DNA from: Dictyostelium discoideum | Taxonomy: Eukaryota | DNA: 64,000 bases | Reading direction: 5' to 3' | NCBI GenBank assembly: GCA_000004695.1 | Contig: CM000152.2 | Coordinates: forward strand, 2,976,001 to 3,040,000 | Shown here: one piece after another, positions 28,846-41,596 of the stretch | How positions within the stretch are numbered: the stretch's first letter is position 1 | How the letters are laid out: each line of letters opens with the position of its first letter | Notes under the pieces: model-generated | What the model was told of the DNA's origin: nothing | Databases searched by the model: none | The model's input: only the letters and a program-made list of their open reading frames with translations | Position numbers and translations under genes: made by a program

Positions 28846-31140
28846 TTATTCTTTTTTTTCGATATCTTTTTCTACCTCTTTTTCTACCTCTTTTTCTTGT
28901 TCTTTTTCTTTTTCTTGTTCTTTTTCTTGTTCTTTTTCTTTTTCTTGTTCTTTTTCTTGTTCTTTTTCTTGTTCAGTTTCAGTTTCTTTTTCATTTTCAT
29001 TTGTAGTTTCAGTTGTAGTGGTAGTAGTGGTAGTTGTAGTTTCAGCCTCTTCGAAATGAATAATATCATCAGCATCTGGAACTTTTTCCAAGAAAATTTG
29101 ACCAGGACAAATTGTTTCAAAAATTTTCTTTGCTTGATTAATTTGGTATTCATAATCGACAGTTTGACCATTTGGTGAATCTGAACAAACTATAATATTA
29201 TTATCATTTTCTTGATGAATTGATTCAACGAAATCAACTGAATAATTAAAATAAGAACCCCAAAGCAATGTTGGCGAAGTACTATCTTTATCATTATCTT
29301 TTTTAGTAGTATTATTATTTAATATTTGTTCGACACATTGTTTTAAATCATTTTCTGCTGTTGAATCTGCTAAAGTTGTAAAATGAATAAGTGCTATAAT
29401 TAAAAAATATTAAAATAAAAATTAATATGTTAATAAAAATATAATTCGAAAATATATAATATATAATATTATTAATATTACTAATGATAATAATTACCTT
29501 TATTCTTATTATATGGAACACAAATTGAAGATAATTGTAAAATGTTAATAACATTTTTATTATTTCCAATTGATTTTGGTGGAATTGTAATGAATGAATC
29601 ATTTTGAGTACCAATAATTTTTGATTCAATGATACCAATAAATCTAGAACTAAAAAATTATTAATTATTAATTATTATTGAGAAAAAAAAAATGAATTTT
29701 ATATTATTATAAATTAATTTTTTTAAAAAAAAAAATATATACTTACTAAGTTTTTCTAATAGTTTTTTGTGGTAAAATTAAATTATTTTGTGATGATGAA
29801 ATTGTATTTAAATATTTTGGAGAAGTTATGAAATGAGTTGTTTGAATAGTTTGACCTTCAGAACAAATGATTGATTTAACTTTACCAGTTTCTTGATTGA
29901 ATTGAATTGAATCGACAGTACGACCTAAAACATAAGAACCACCAAAAACAGCGCATAATCTACAAAAAGCTTGTGGAATATCACCAACGCCATAATATGG
30001 TATTAAAAATGGTGAAACTCCATAAACCAATAAAGACGATGTGTAGAGGAATACAGACTCAATACCAGTTTCCAATGGAATCGATTCTAAATCCTCATGA
30101 ATCAATGATAAACCATATAGAATGAATGATTCAACCAATTGAGTGAATTTAAAACTTTTAATATAGTCAATGAAACTTTTGAATTGTTTTCCTAATTCAA
30201 TGATTGATAATTTGAAATGGGCTTCTTTTTCAGCGTCATCTAAATCTGATCCTTCCTTTTTCAATTCTCTAATTGATTCCATGAATTTCATAATTAAACG
30301 TTTCTCTTTCAAAGAGAATGTACTATCTTTAAAAATTGAACCTTTAGTTGATGGAATTTCATGTACTTTTCCATTTGTAAATAAATAATTTTGATCCAAT
30401 GATTTAAATTCTAAATATCTTGATGCTGATGATGAAATTAATAACTTTACCAATGCACCACGTCCATATAATAATGTTGGTGAAATATCAATTGAAAATA
30501 ATCTACCTAATTCTTCTAAACTTTTATCACTTACTAATGGTACATCAATAACTTGTAATATTTCTGTCGATTCTTTATTTTCTATTGATTTTATATTTTC
30601 TTCTTCTTCTTTTTGTTCTTTATTGTTTTCGTTTGTTGTGGTTGTTGTTGTTGTTGTGGTTTTTGTTGTTGTTATTGTTTCATTTTCTTTATTATCTTGT
30701 TTACTTTTTTTATCTTCTTCTTCCTCATTTGGTTGTGGTGATGGTGTTTTTACAAGTTTATTTATTACTACATTTTCAAAATATGGTGGAACCAAATCAT
30801 TTTTATCAATGATGTTATTTATATTAGATTCTTGTAAAATTTTTGTAAGTTGACCTAAAGTGAATGAACTATCAAAACCACCATAAATTACTTTTTTATC
30901 AAAATGTAAAACTTGTTTACCTGCTCTTGCCAATGCACTGGCAAGTTTTTATTTATTATTAATTAAAAAAAATATTAGAATTATTTTTAATTTAAACAAA
31001 GTTATTGAAAAAAAAATATATGTATATATTTTAACTATTAATTACCCTGCAACTAGTGATTCAACTAAACCAGTACCTAATATTACACAATCGAATTTAT
31101 CATTTTCTAACCAAGTGCTAGTTTTTCTATGTTCTTCCAT
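28846..31140 (-). CDS. Rab escort protein (REP) / Rab GDI family protein (Rab geranylgeranyltransferase component A-like)
   Basis: complement(join(28846..29393,29498..29649,29747..30937,31046..31140)). Exon 1 (MEEHRKTSTWLENDKFDCVILGTGLVESLVAG) plus exon 2 (ALARAGKQVLHFDKKVIYGG) together form the FAD/GDI N-terminal fingerprint. A Thr/Glu-rich insertion is typical of REP rather than GDI. Later exons: ...SRFIGIIESKIIGTQNDSFITIPP and ALIHFTTLADSTAE. All donors are GTAAGT/GTAATT. Confidence 0.75.
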
Positions 31141-31288
31141 CGTAATTCTTTAATTTTATTTTATTTTTACTGATTTATATATTTCTTATTTTTTTATTTT
31201 ATAAAACAAAGTTTTGTGTGTGTTGTGGTGGTGATATTTTAAATTAAAAAAAAAAAAATAAAAAAAATAAAATAAAAATGAAAAAATG

Positions 31289-31322
<34 letters not shown>

Positions 31323-31521
31323 ATGCAACGTTGGTTTGTGGAAAAATTCAACGAAATAATTCTTATTATTTTACATACTAAAAAAAAAAAAGTTTTTTTT
31401 TTTTTTTTTTTATTTTTATTCTTATTTTAATCTAGTTCTAAAAAAAAAAAAAAATTTACATTTTCTAAAATCTAAATTTAATTTTTGAATCGACTCAATC
31501 TAAAGATTTTGAAATTTAAAA

Positions 31522-33399
31522 TTAATTTTTTGTATCAATCCAATCTAAAGATTTTGAAATTGCTTTTTTCCATTCTTTTAATTTTTGAGTTTTATGATTT
31601 TCATCTAATTGTGGAGTGAATTTACCACCAATTTTAAATTGCATAGTTTCTTTCCAAACACCAGTTGCAATACCAGCAGCGAAAGCAGCACCAAAACAAG
31701 TAGTTTCTAAACTTATTGGTTTTACAACTGGTAAACCAAGTAAATCTGATTGAATTTGCAAGAGTAAATTATTTTTAGCCATACCACCATCAACACGTAA
31801 CTCTACCAATTTATTTCCCGAATCTTTTTGCATTGCATCTAAAACTTCAAATGTTTGAAGACAAGTTGACTCCAATACAGATCTTGCTATATGACAACGA
31901 TTGGTATGATGAGTTAAACCAACCATTACACCTCTTGCATCGTCTCTCCAATAAGGTGCGAATAATCCACTAAAAGCAGGTACAAAATACATACCACCAG
32001 TATCTTGTACACTCTTTGCCAAATCCTCAATCTCTTGACTACTCTCTGCAATACCCATATTATCAATCAACCAACGTACACCAGAACCTGCCACAGCTAC
32101 ACCACCCTCCAATGCATAAATTGGTGGTGAATCTTTACCAAATTGATAACAAACCGTAGTTAACAACCCATTTCTTGAATGTACTATATCATTACCAGTA
32201 TTATATAACAAGAAACAGCCAGTACCATATGTATTTTTAGCTTGACCCTTCTCAAAACACATTTGACCAACCATTGCAGCTTGTTGGTCACCTAAAACAC
32301 CTGCAATTGGTATACCATGTAATGGATGCTGCTGCTGCTGCTGCTCATCATCACCCATTGTCACATGACCATATATTTCTGAAGAACTATGAATGTTTGG
32401 TAAAATCTCTATTGGTACTTCTAAGAAATCACATAATTCTTTATCCCATGATAAAGTTTTCAAATTCATTAACATGGTTCTACTTGCATTGGTAACATCT
32501 GTAATATGACATTTACCACCTGTTAAATTCCAAACCAACCAACTATCAATGGTACCCATTAAACAATCACCACGTCCATATGCCTCTCTAACCGATTCAC
32601 AATTGTCAAATAACCATTTCAATTTCAATCCACTAAAATAAGAACTTAATGGTAATCCACATTTTTCACGTAAATAATTCTTACTCTCTAATTTACATTC
32701 TCCTTGAGCACCATCAACTACTGTAGTTGATTTACTATTATTATCTATTATATTATTATCATCAATTAATTTCTTTGCTTTATTATTAAAATAGTTTACT
32801 AAATCTTTAGTACGTGTATCACACCAAACTATGGCATTGTTTAATGGCTTCGATGTCTTCTTATCCCATACGATAGTTGTCTCCCTTTGATTGGTTATAC
32901 CAATTGCTTTAATATCTTCTTTTGTACCAAAATTATTTTCATAGTATTGTTTCATTACAACTTGAATACATTTATTAACAGATTCTAATATTTCATTACC
33001 ATCATGTTCAACCCATCCTGGATGTGGATGATGTTGTGTTAATAATATTTGATGTGATAATACTATATCTCCATTCTTATCGAAAAGTATAAATCTTGTA
33101 CTTGATGTACCTTGATCAATTGCTCCAATATATGGTTTCATAAATTCTATTTTATTATTATTATTATTTTTATTTCTAAAAGTTGTTGAAGTACTATTAA
33201 ATCTAAAGCTATTATTGAAAATAAAATTATCAAAAATTAAAAAAGTTTTATTTAAATTATTATTATTATTATTTTTATTATTATTTTTATTATTATTATA
33301 ATTGTCTAATTTAATGGTATTATTGATATTAATATTTTTATTTATTATAAAGTTCCTTTTTTTAATTTGATGTGTAAAATTTCTAAATAATTGATTCAT
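31522..33399 (-). CDS. Glycerol kinase (FGGY family)
   Basis: Has YIGAIDQGTSSTRF, GTGCFLLYNTG, and full-length FGGY N- and C-domains. There is an ~86-aa Asn-rich N-terminal extension before MKPYIGAID. It is either a presequence or the true start is the internal ATG at ~33141. Confidence 0.85.
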   Translation of the reverse strand: MNQLFRNFTHQIKKRNFIINKNININNTIKLDNYNNNKNNNKNNNNNNLNKTFLIFDNFIFNNSFRFNSTSTTFRNKNNNNNKIEFMKPYIGAIDQGTSSTRFILFDKNGDIVLSHQILLTQHHPHPGWVEHDGNEILESVNKCIQVVMKQYYENNFGTKEDIKAIGITNQRETTIVWDKKTSKPLNNAIVWCDTRTKDLVNYFNNKAKKLIDDNNIIDNNSKSTTVVDGAQGECKLESKNYLREKCGLPLSSYFSGLKLKWLFDNCESVREAYGRGDCLMGTIDSWLVWNLTGGKCHITDVTNASRTMLMNLKTLSWDKELCDFLEVPIEILPNIHSSSEIYGHVTMGDDEQQQQQHPLHGIPIAGVLGDQQAAMVGQMCFEKGQAKNTYGTGCFLLYNTGNDIVHSRNGLLTTVCYQFGKDSPPIYALEGGVAVAGSGVRWLIDNMGIAESSQEIEDLAKSVQDTGGMYFVPAFSGLFAPYWRDDARGVMVGLTHHTNRCHIARSVLESTCLQTFEVLDAMQKDSGNKLVELRVDGGMAKNNLLLQIQSDLLGLPVVKPISLETTCFGAAFAAGIATGVWKETMQFKIGGKFTPQLDENHKTQKLKEWKKAISKSLDWIDTKN

Positions 33400-33654
33400 T
33401 AACTTTTTTTTTTTTTTTTTATATCAGGGAAAAAACAAAAAAGTGGAAAAAAAATAAAAAATAAAAAAATAAAAATTAAAAAATTTTAAAAAAAAAAATA
33501 AAATAAAATAATAAAATAACTGAAATTCGGTAAAAAAAAATACAATTATAGATATTTAATAATATCTGTATTGAAAATATTATGTAATCGATTAGTTATT
33601 TTTACAAAATTTTTTTATTTTTTTTTTTATTAACACTTTTTTTCCAAACACTAA

Positions 33655-34347
33655 TTAATAACAACAATTACAATCAAATGGACATTCAGAAGTTTCTATT
33701 TTTTTTTTTTTTTTTTTATGAAAATATAAAAAAAAAAAAAAAAAAAAAAAAAAATTAGTATAAAATTTTAAACATATGTTTAAAAGAATATAAAAAAAAT
33801 ATTTATGAAACATACCACCATCAGCATATGGTTTATTTAAACCTAATTCTTCTTCACTAAAAACTGGTAAACCATCTATTATTTTTCTTTCTTTGAAATT
33901 AACACCTCTACTATCAAAAAAGTCATCTTTATCATCTACATTTTTCTTTTTCTTTGAAATCTTTGTGGTTGCTTCCTCAATTTCTTTTTCTTTTAATTCT
34001 TGTTGTTTAATAACTTTATTTTCTTTTCTTTTTTGTTTTTTTAAATCAAATAATGAATCTAAATCTATATCTTCTGATGCAGGTGATAATGGTTTTTCAT
34101 CTTTTGTTAATTTATTTGATTTTGTTATTTTTGTTTCTGTTTCTGTTGGTGTTGTTGTTGTTGTAGTAGTAGTAGTAGTAGTTTTTGTGGTTCCTTTTTT
34201 TTTTGATTTTAATGTTTCTGATACAGGTGATAATGGTTTTTCATCTTTTGTTAATTTATTTGATTTTGTTATTTTTTTGATTTCTGTTGGTGCACCTTTT
34301 GAAATGGTTTTAGAAACTTTTTTTGCTTGTTCATTTCCTGTGCTCAT
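33655..34347 (-). CDS. Hypothetical Lys/Thr-rich protein with internal 2x ~40-aa repeat; possible tiny Cys-rich last exon
   Basis: complement(join(33655..33695,33813..34347)). The repeat KITKSNKLTKDEKPLSP(V/A)SE occurs twice. A GTATGT donor after ...NKPYADGG and a 117-nt intron ending AAATAG lead to a terminal exon ETSECPFDCNCCY*. The intron model is tentative because the unspliced ORF is also open. Confidence 0.45.
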   Translation of the reverse strand: MSTGNEQAKKVSKTISKGAPTEIKKITKSNKLTKDEKPLSPVSETLKSKKKGTTKTTTTTTTTTTTPTETETKITKSNKLTKDEKPLSPASEDIDLDSLFDLKKQKRKENKVIKQQELKEKEIEEATTKISKKKKNVDDKDDFFDSRGVNFKERKIIDGLPVFSEEELGLNKPYADGGMFHKYFFYILLNICLKFYTNFFFFFFFFLYFHKKKKKKIETSECPFDCNCCY

Positions 34348-34630
34348 TTTTTTTTTTTTTTTCTGTCCTATTCGATTTTAAGATTGGTTTTTTTTTTTTT
34401 AATTATTTTTTTTTTTTTTTTTTTTTTTTATTTTTTGAAATAATTTAATTACGCCGTTTTAATCGTTCGGCAAATTTTAAAAAATTTATTTTTTTTTTAT
34501 TTTTATTTTTTTTTTACTTTTTTTTTTTTTTACGGAAAAATGGAATTAAAAATAAAAAAAAAAAATAAAAAAAATTAAAACTCGTTGTGTGTGTGTTTGA
34601 AAATAATAAATAAATAAATAAATAAATAAA

Positions 34631-36067
34631 ATGAATATTAAAGAATTAGTATTAAAATTAAATGAAATTGATGCAATTAAATTAGGAGAATTTAAATTAA
34701 AGAGTGGTATTATTTCACCAATTTATATTGATCTTAGAGTTACAGTATCATCACCACCATTGTTAGCAGCAATTGCAGAGATGATGTATCAAAAGGTTTA
34801 TAAATCTGGTAATGCACAAGAGACACCAGCATTAGTATGTGGTGTACCATATACAGCATTACCAATTGCAACAGGTATGTCAATTGCCAACAATATTCCA
34901 ATGGTAGTACGTAGAAAAGAAGCCAAAGCATATGGTACCAAACAATTGATTGAAGGTCGTTTCAAAGAGGGTGACAATGTATTGGTTGTTGAAGATTTAG
35001 TAACAAGTGGTGCAAGTGTACTTGAAACAGTTAGAGATTTAAATTCAGTTGGTTTAAAAGTTACAGACGTAGTCGTGTTATTAGATCGTCAACAAGGTGC
35101 CAGACAAGCACTTGAGAAACAAGGCTACCGTCTTCACTCAGTCTTTACAATGGAAGAGTTAATCAACACCTTAATCGAAGCTGGTAAATTAACCGGCCGT
35201 ACTTTAGAGTTGGTTCAATCATTCTTAGACGCCAATCGTAATGTAGTAGTACCATTACCACCAACCCTTGCCCCACCAGCACCAGCACCAATTGTTATTA
35301 ATAAACCATTTGAAGAGAGAGCTAAACTTGCATCAAATCCAATGGCATCTAAATTATTCACATTAATGTCAAGCAAGAAGACCAATCTTGCAGTTGCAGC
35401 TGATTTAACTGATAAACAACAACTTTTAGATTTAGCAGAATCAATTGGTTCAGAAATTTGTGTTTTGAAGACCCATGTTGATATCATTGATAATTATGAT
35501 GAAGAGTTTATTAAATCATTGAAATGCATAGCAGCAAAACATAATTTCTTGATTTTTGAAGATAGAAAATTCGCAGATATTGGAAACACTGTGAAATATC
35601 AATTTGAGAATGGTGTTTATAAAATCTCAAAATGGGCAGACATGGTCACCGTACATGGTGTCGCAGGTTCATCCATTGTCGATGGTTTCAAATCAGGTTT
35701 GAAAGAGTATGGTTCAGGTTTATTATTATTGGCTCAAATGTCATCAAAAGGTTCTTTGTGTGTTGGTGATTATACAACTCAAATGATTGAAATGGCAAAT
35801 AATAACAAAGAGGAGGTTATGGGTTTAATTTGTCAAGAACGATTACCATCAATGACTGATGGTTTGGTTTTAATGACTCCAGGTGTTCAATTCAATTCAA
35901 CTGGTGATGCTATGGGTCAACAATATAATACTCCAGAATATATCATTAAAGAAAAGAATACTGATGTTATCATTGTTGGTAGAGGTATTTATCAAAGTAA
36001 TGATCCAAAATCTGTTGCAAATAAATATAGAACTGCTGCTTGGGAAACTTATCAATCAAAATTTTAA
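34631..36067 (+). CDS. pyr56: Bifunctional UMP synthase (orotate phosphoribosyltransferase + orotidine-5'-phosphate decarboxylase)
   Basis: The N-terminal OPRTase has the PRPP-binding motif [17 protein letters not shown]. The C-terminal ODCase has [16 protein letters not shown] and the K-containing active site. It is a single exon of 478 aa. Confidence 0.9.
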
Positions 36068-36280
36068 ATTAAAAAAATAAATAAATAAATAAATAAATAA
36101 AAATAAAACAAAATTAAAAAAAAAAAATCTCTGGAAAAAAAAAAAAAAAAAATCTCTGGAAAAAAAAAAAAAAAAACCAGTCGAATGACTTTCAGACCAA
36201 AAAAAAAACCTTTTTTTGATATTTTTTTTTTTTTAAAAAAATGTATTCGAAACTGGTTGCATAATGATGACAAAAATGTC

Positions 36281-36311
<31 letters not shown>

Positions 36312-36332
36312 AACTTTTTTTTTATTTTATAT

Positions 36333-36387
<55 letters not shown>

Positions 36388-36863
36388 CTTCATATCTTAT
36401 CTTACTTTCATTCTTTTTTTTTTTTTTTTTTTTATCATTTTCAAATTTTAATTTTCGAATAATTTTTTCAAATTCATATATTAAATTCAAATAATTCGAG
36501 TCTTTATCTACCAGCCGGAAAAAAAAAAAAATAAAAAATAAAAAATAAAAAATAAAAAATAAAAAAAAAAAAATAAAAATAAAAAAAATAAAAATAAAAA
36601 TAAAAAACACATTAAAGTTTTTTTATTGATTTCACAAACCCGCGCCTCAAGTGTTTCATCATTAAATTTTTATTTTTATTTTTATTTTTTTCAAATTCAA
36701 AAAAAAATAAAAAAATAAAAAATAAAAAAAATAAAAAATAAAAAAAATAAAAAAAAAGTTTTTTGTGAAAAAAAAAAAAAAAAAAAAAAATAAAATAAAA
36801 AAACAAAAAGGTTAATCATCTTAATGTGTCATTTAGTGAAAATATAAAAAACCAAATTATAGA

Positions 36864-37560
36864 ATGAAAAAAATTAATATAATAACATCATCTTTATTAT
36901 TATTAATTTTAATTACATTTTCATCATTAATTAAATCAGATGAAACAACAACAGTGGAGAGTGAAAGAGATGAATCAACAAAAAAAAAAACAGAATCATT
37001 AGATCAAATTCCTATAGGGTTAAATGGTTTAAATGATACATTATACTGGGGTACCTATAGACCTCATACTTATTTTGGTATGAAATCAAGATCAACTTTA
37101 CCAATTAATACAGGTTTAATTTGGTCAACACCAAATATTGGAATGGGAACCTATAATAAATTTCATTATAAAGTAGTTCAAGGTGGTGATAATGGTATCA
37201 AAAGTTATACATGGACAAAACATGATGGTAAAAACTTTGGTTCTCAAGAAATTATTGATGTTCAAGGTCATTTAAATTTAACAACTTCATTTATTAAAAA
37301 TTCTGGTCAAAAAGGTAAAAAAAAAAAAAAAAAAATATTTCCAATTTTATTTTTTTAATTTTCAAAATAATCCAATTCCAATACTAATAATATAACAATT
37401 TCTATATAATTTTTAAAAGGTGGTGATTGGTCAGTTAGAATTAGTGGTAAATCAAATTATACAAATAAAGGAGGAGTACCATTGGTCTCATTAATTTATT
37501 ATATACATGATGAAAGTTTAAAGAAATCATCAGAAAATGGATTAAATATTAATATAGCAG

Positions 37561-37650
<90 letters not shown>

Positions 37651-38030
37651 TACATATAAAAGGTGAACATCCAGAAATTGGAAAATACACTTTACATTTT
37701 AAAGATATAAAATCATCAAATGATAATGATGATAATAATAATAATAATTGTTTAGAAGAAATGAGAAAAGAAGAATATAATTTAGTAGATAGTCAAAAAG
37801 ATTTATGTGATTGGAGATTCTATGGTTCATCAAACTATGATTTAAATTCAAATTGGAATGTTTTTAATAATATTTTTGACCAAGATTTTAATCAACACAA
37901 TGAAGCTGTCTTCCGTACTTGGCATACTCAAAGATTTAAACATTTTATTCCAACTTTACCAAATAAACTTAAACAAAATTCAAATGTTATTGCAGTTCAA
38001 AGAGTTTTAACTGTACCATTTAATGTAAAG

Positions 38031-38061
<31 letters not shown>

Positions 38062-39761
38062 GATATATATAAATATATGTACTAATTTTTATTTTTTATT
38101 TTTATATAGATTGAAATTTCATTTATTTCACATGAATTTCATAATGAAAAAGAATTATCAGAAGAAAAAGTTGAAGAAATTGTTAAATCAATTTTAACAG
38201 GTTCAGAATTTGATAAAACATATTCAAAATTTGAAAAACAATTTGATGATAAATTTAATAAGAAATTCCTTGGTGAAAAATTAAAAAAACATAAACCAGA
38301 AATTTATAAAGTATCAAAAGAGTCACTAAGTAATTTATTAGGTGGTTTCGGTTATTGGTATGGTAGTGGTATTACAAAGAAATCTTTAAAATCTGATAAA
38401 ATTATTAAATCTAAACCAGTTGTAAGTTTAATATTTATTATAAATTAATCAATATATATTAATATATTAATATATTAATTATTTTTATTATTTTAAAAAA
38501 ACAAAATAAAATTAAAAAAAAGGCATTATTTTCAGCAACACCATCAAGACCAGCATTTCCAAGAGGATTTTTATGGGATGAAGGATTTCAACAATTATTA
38601 GCATCAACATTTGATGTTGAATTAACAATTGAATCATTATCACATTGGTTAAATATTATGGATGAAAATGGTTGGATACCAAGAGAACAAATTCTTGGAC
38701 TTGAAGCAGCATCAATGGTACCAGAGGAATTTAGATTACAATTACCAAATATTGCAAATCCACCATCAATCATATTAGCAATTAATAAATTATTAGAGAT
38801 TTCACAAGCATATAAAGAGAGAACAACAACTAATAATAATAATAATAATAATGTTGATAGTAATAATTTTAAAATTAATATGATTAGAGATCTTTCAGTT
38901 ATTATTGAAAATAATAAAGAGTATGATTCAATTCAAAGATTTTTACATTCAGCATTACCAAGAATTGAAAGATTTTATCAATATTATTGGAATACTCAAT
39001 CATCAGGTTTAATTGAAAATTCATTCCGTTGGAGAGGTAGAAAGGTTAATCATACATTGGCATCTGGATTAGATGATTATCCAAGAGCATTGGAACCATC
39101 GACTTCAGAGATACATGTGGATTTAAATAGTTGGGTTGCTTTCTTTGCAAAATCATTATCAACTCTTACAAAATATTTAGGTGGTAGTGATAATAAGAAT
39201 CAAGAGAAATCTGAACTTTATTTCAAACAATTTACATTGATTCGATCAAATATTGAGCAAATGCATTGGGATGAGGAAGAGAATCTTTTCCATGACATTT
39301 TAATTCACAAGAATGGTAGTAAACAGTTTATTAGAACTTATGGTTACATGAATTATTTCCCAATGTTATTGGGTGTGTTGGATGTTGATTCTGCAAAACT
39401 TTCACCACTCTTAACCACTCTCAAAGATGTTAATGGAATTTGGTCAAGATGGGGTATTCGTTCAATGTCTTTAAAGGATAAGAATTTCGGTACTCATGAA
39501 AACTATTGGAAAGGTCCAATTTGGATCAATATCAATTATCTCTTTGTTCATTCTATGAATAAATTCTATACAAAAACTCCTTCAATCAATGAATGTTATC
39601 AAACACTCAGATTCAATCTCATCAATAACATTGGTAATATTTACTCTGAAACTGGTAATATCTATGAACAATATGATCCAATAACTGGTTTAGGTACAAG
39701 AAATCGTCCATTTAATGGTTGGACTGCTTTAGTTTCTTTAATTTCTTCTGAACAATATTAA
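36864..39761 (+). CDS. Mannosyl-oligosaccharide glucosidase (processing alpha-glucosidase I, GH63)
   Basis: join(36864..37314,37420..38024,38110..38421,38523..39761). It has a signal peptide. The GH63 signatures are PSRPAFPRGFLWDEGFQ, the LDDYPRA catalytic region, and WKGPIWININYL. Three introns have GTAAAA/GTAAAG/GTAAGT donors. Exon 2 contains a poly-Asn insert. Confidence 0.8.
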
Positions 39762-39955
39762 AAAAAAAAAAAAAATTTTAAAAAAAATAAAAATAAAAAA
39801 AAGAAAAAAAAATAAAAAATAAAAATAGTAATAATAAAAAAAAAAATAAATAAATAAAATATATATATTTAATTAATTTTTATTTTCTTTGTTTTTTTTT
39901 TACCATATTCCATTATTGAATAGATTGATAAATTTTTTTTTATTTTTTTTATTTT

Positions 39956-41596
39956 TTAATACTTTTTCTTTTTATGAACTTTTTTAATAACTTTTCTTTT
40001 ATTTATATCAATTGAACCTTCAGAATCACCAGAATGTCTATCAGAAGAACTTGAATAATTTTTATCTTTTAATTCATTTGTTGCAATTCTATGAGCTTCT
40101 TGAACTCTTTCTAAAAAGATTAAAACTGTTTCTTCTTGACATGGGAAAGAATCCAACTTTTTCTTTAAAACAAATTCAATACGTTGATACATTTCAACAT
40201 CGTATTGAGTGACGATAGTGATGGCACGACCAGAATTACCAGCACGAGCAGTTCTACCAACTCTGTGAACGTACTCTTTTGAATTGGTTGGTACATCATA
40301 ATTGATGACTAAATCAACTGATGGGATATCTAAACCTCTAGCAGCAACATCGGTTGCCACTAGAATTGATTTTGTACCTTGTTTAAATTTATTTAAAGAT
40401 GCTAAACGTTTACCTTGATCCATATCACCATTGATTGGAATTGCACCAAATCCTAAATTTCTTAACATCATTGCAATCTTTGTGGATGATGCGCAAGTCG
40501 ATGTGAAAATAATGGTTAAATTACCCGCCAATTCATTTAAAATGTATGCTAAATAACAATCTTTATATTTAAATGGTACGAAAAGGTATTGTTGAAGTAA
40601 TGTATCTACAGTTTGATATTTTGATGCAACTTGAACTTTCACTGGATTAACCAATGATGCTCTTTGAAGTTTTGCAACTTTTGATGTCATTGTAGCAGAG
40701 AAAAGGTATGTGTTTCTCTCTTTTGGTATCACTTTTAGAATGTTGTTAACTTCCTCTTCGAAATCTGCAGAGAATAAACGATCGGCTTCATCCATAATAA
40801 AGTATTTAATAGAACGTAAATTGAAACCTTTTGTATGCTCCAAATGATGTAAAACTCTACCTGGTGAACCTACGACCACATGTGGTTTCTTTGCCAATGC
40901 CAATGATTGTGACATTGAATCAATACCACCAACTAATACACAAGTTTTCACACCAATCGTTGAACCGATTGCATTGAATTGATCGGCAATTTGATATGCT
41001 AATTCTCTAGTGGGTGCCAATGCTAAACAGAATAAACCTTGTGGTGCTTCCAATAGCTTTTGTAATACTGGAATTACGAATGCTGCTGTTTTACCAGAAC
41101 CAGTTTGTGCCAACCCAATAATATCTCTACCTTTTAATGCCCATGGAATAGATTCCCTTTGAATCTCTTTTGGTTTATTAAATCCTAATTTATTACATGC
41201 ATCAATAATTTGTGGGTGAACTCCCAATGATTCAAATGTAACATTCTCATATTTCTTTTCCTCTTCTTCTGATTTCTTTTGATTTGTATTATTTATAAAT
41301 TCTTCAATCTCTTTTTCTTCTTCTTCTTTTTCTAATAATGAATCTTCATCTAATTCTTCATTTTTAATTTCTTTTTTAATTTCTTTTTTAATTTCTTCTT
41401 TAACTTCTTCTTCTTCTTCTTCTTTAACTTCTTTTTCCTCTTGTTTTTTAATTACTTTTTTTACAATTTGTTTTGGTTTTTCTGTCAATGTCGATTTCTT
41501 TGGTGCTGCTGCTATTGATGTTGTAGTTGTTTTTTTTACAACTGCACTACCATTACTTTTTAATGTTGGTTTTTTTTTTATGTCTGTGATTGCCAT
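39956..41596 (-). CDS. ddx47: ATP-dependent DEAD-box RNA helicase DDX47/Rrp3
   Basis: Has the Q motif, [21 protein letters not shown], and [10 protein letters not shown]. The N-terminus is K/E-rich. It is a single exon. Confidence 0.9.

Noticed and set aside
29348-29638. Minus ORF 96 aa (MVSLNQKLLVLK...)
   Set aside because: It is out of frame relative to REP exon 3 and spans intron sequence. The true exon 3 (29498..29649) is in another frame.
36100-36860. Direct repeats aaaatctctgg(a)n x2 and the GC box cacaaacccgcgcctcaagtg in the pyr56-glucosidase I spacer
   Set aside because: They are probably ordinary promoter or 3'UTR low-complexity sequence. There is no supporting structure or ORF. 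Noted only.
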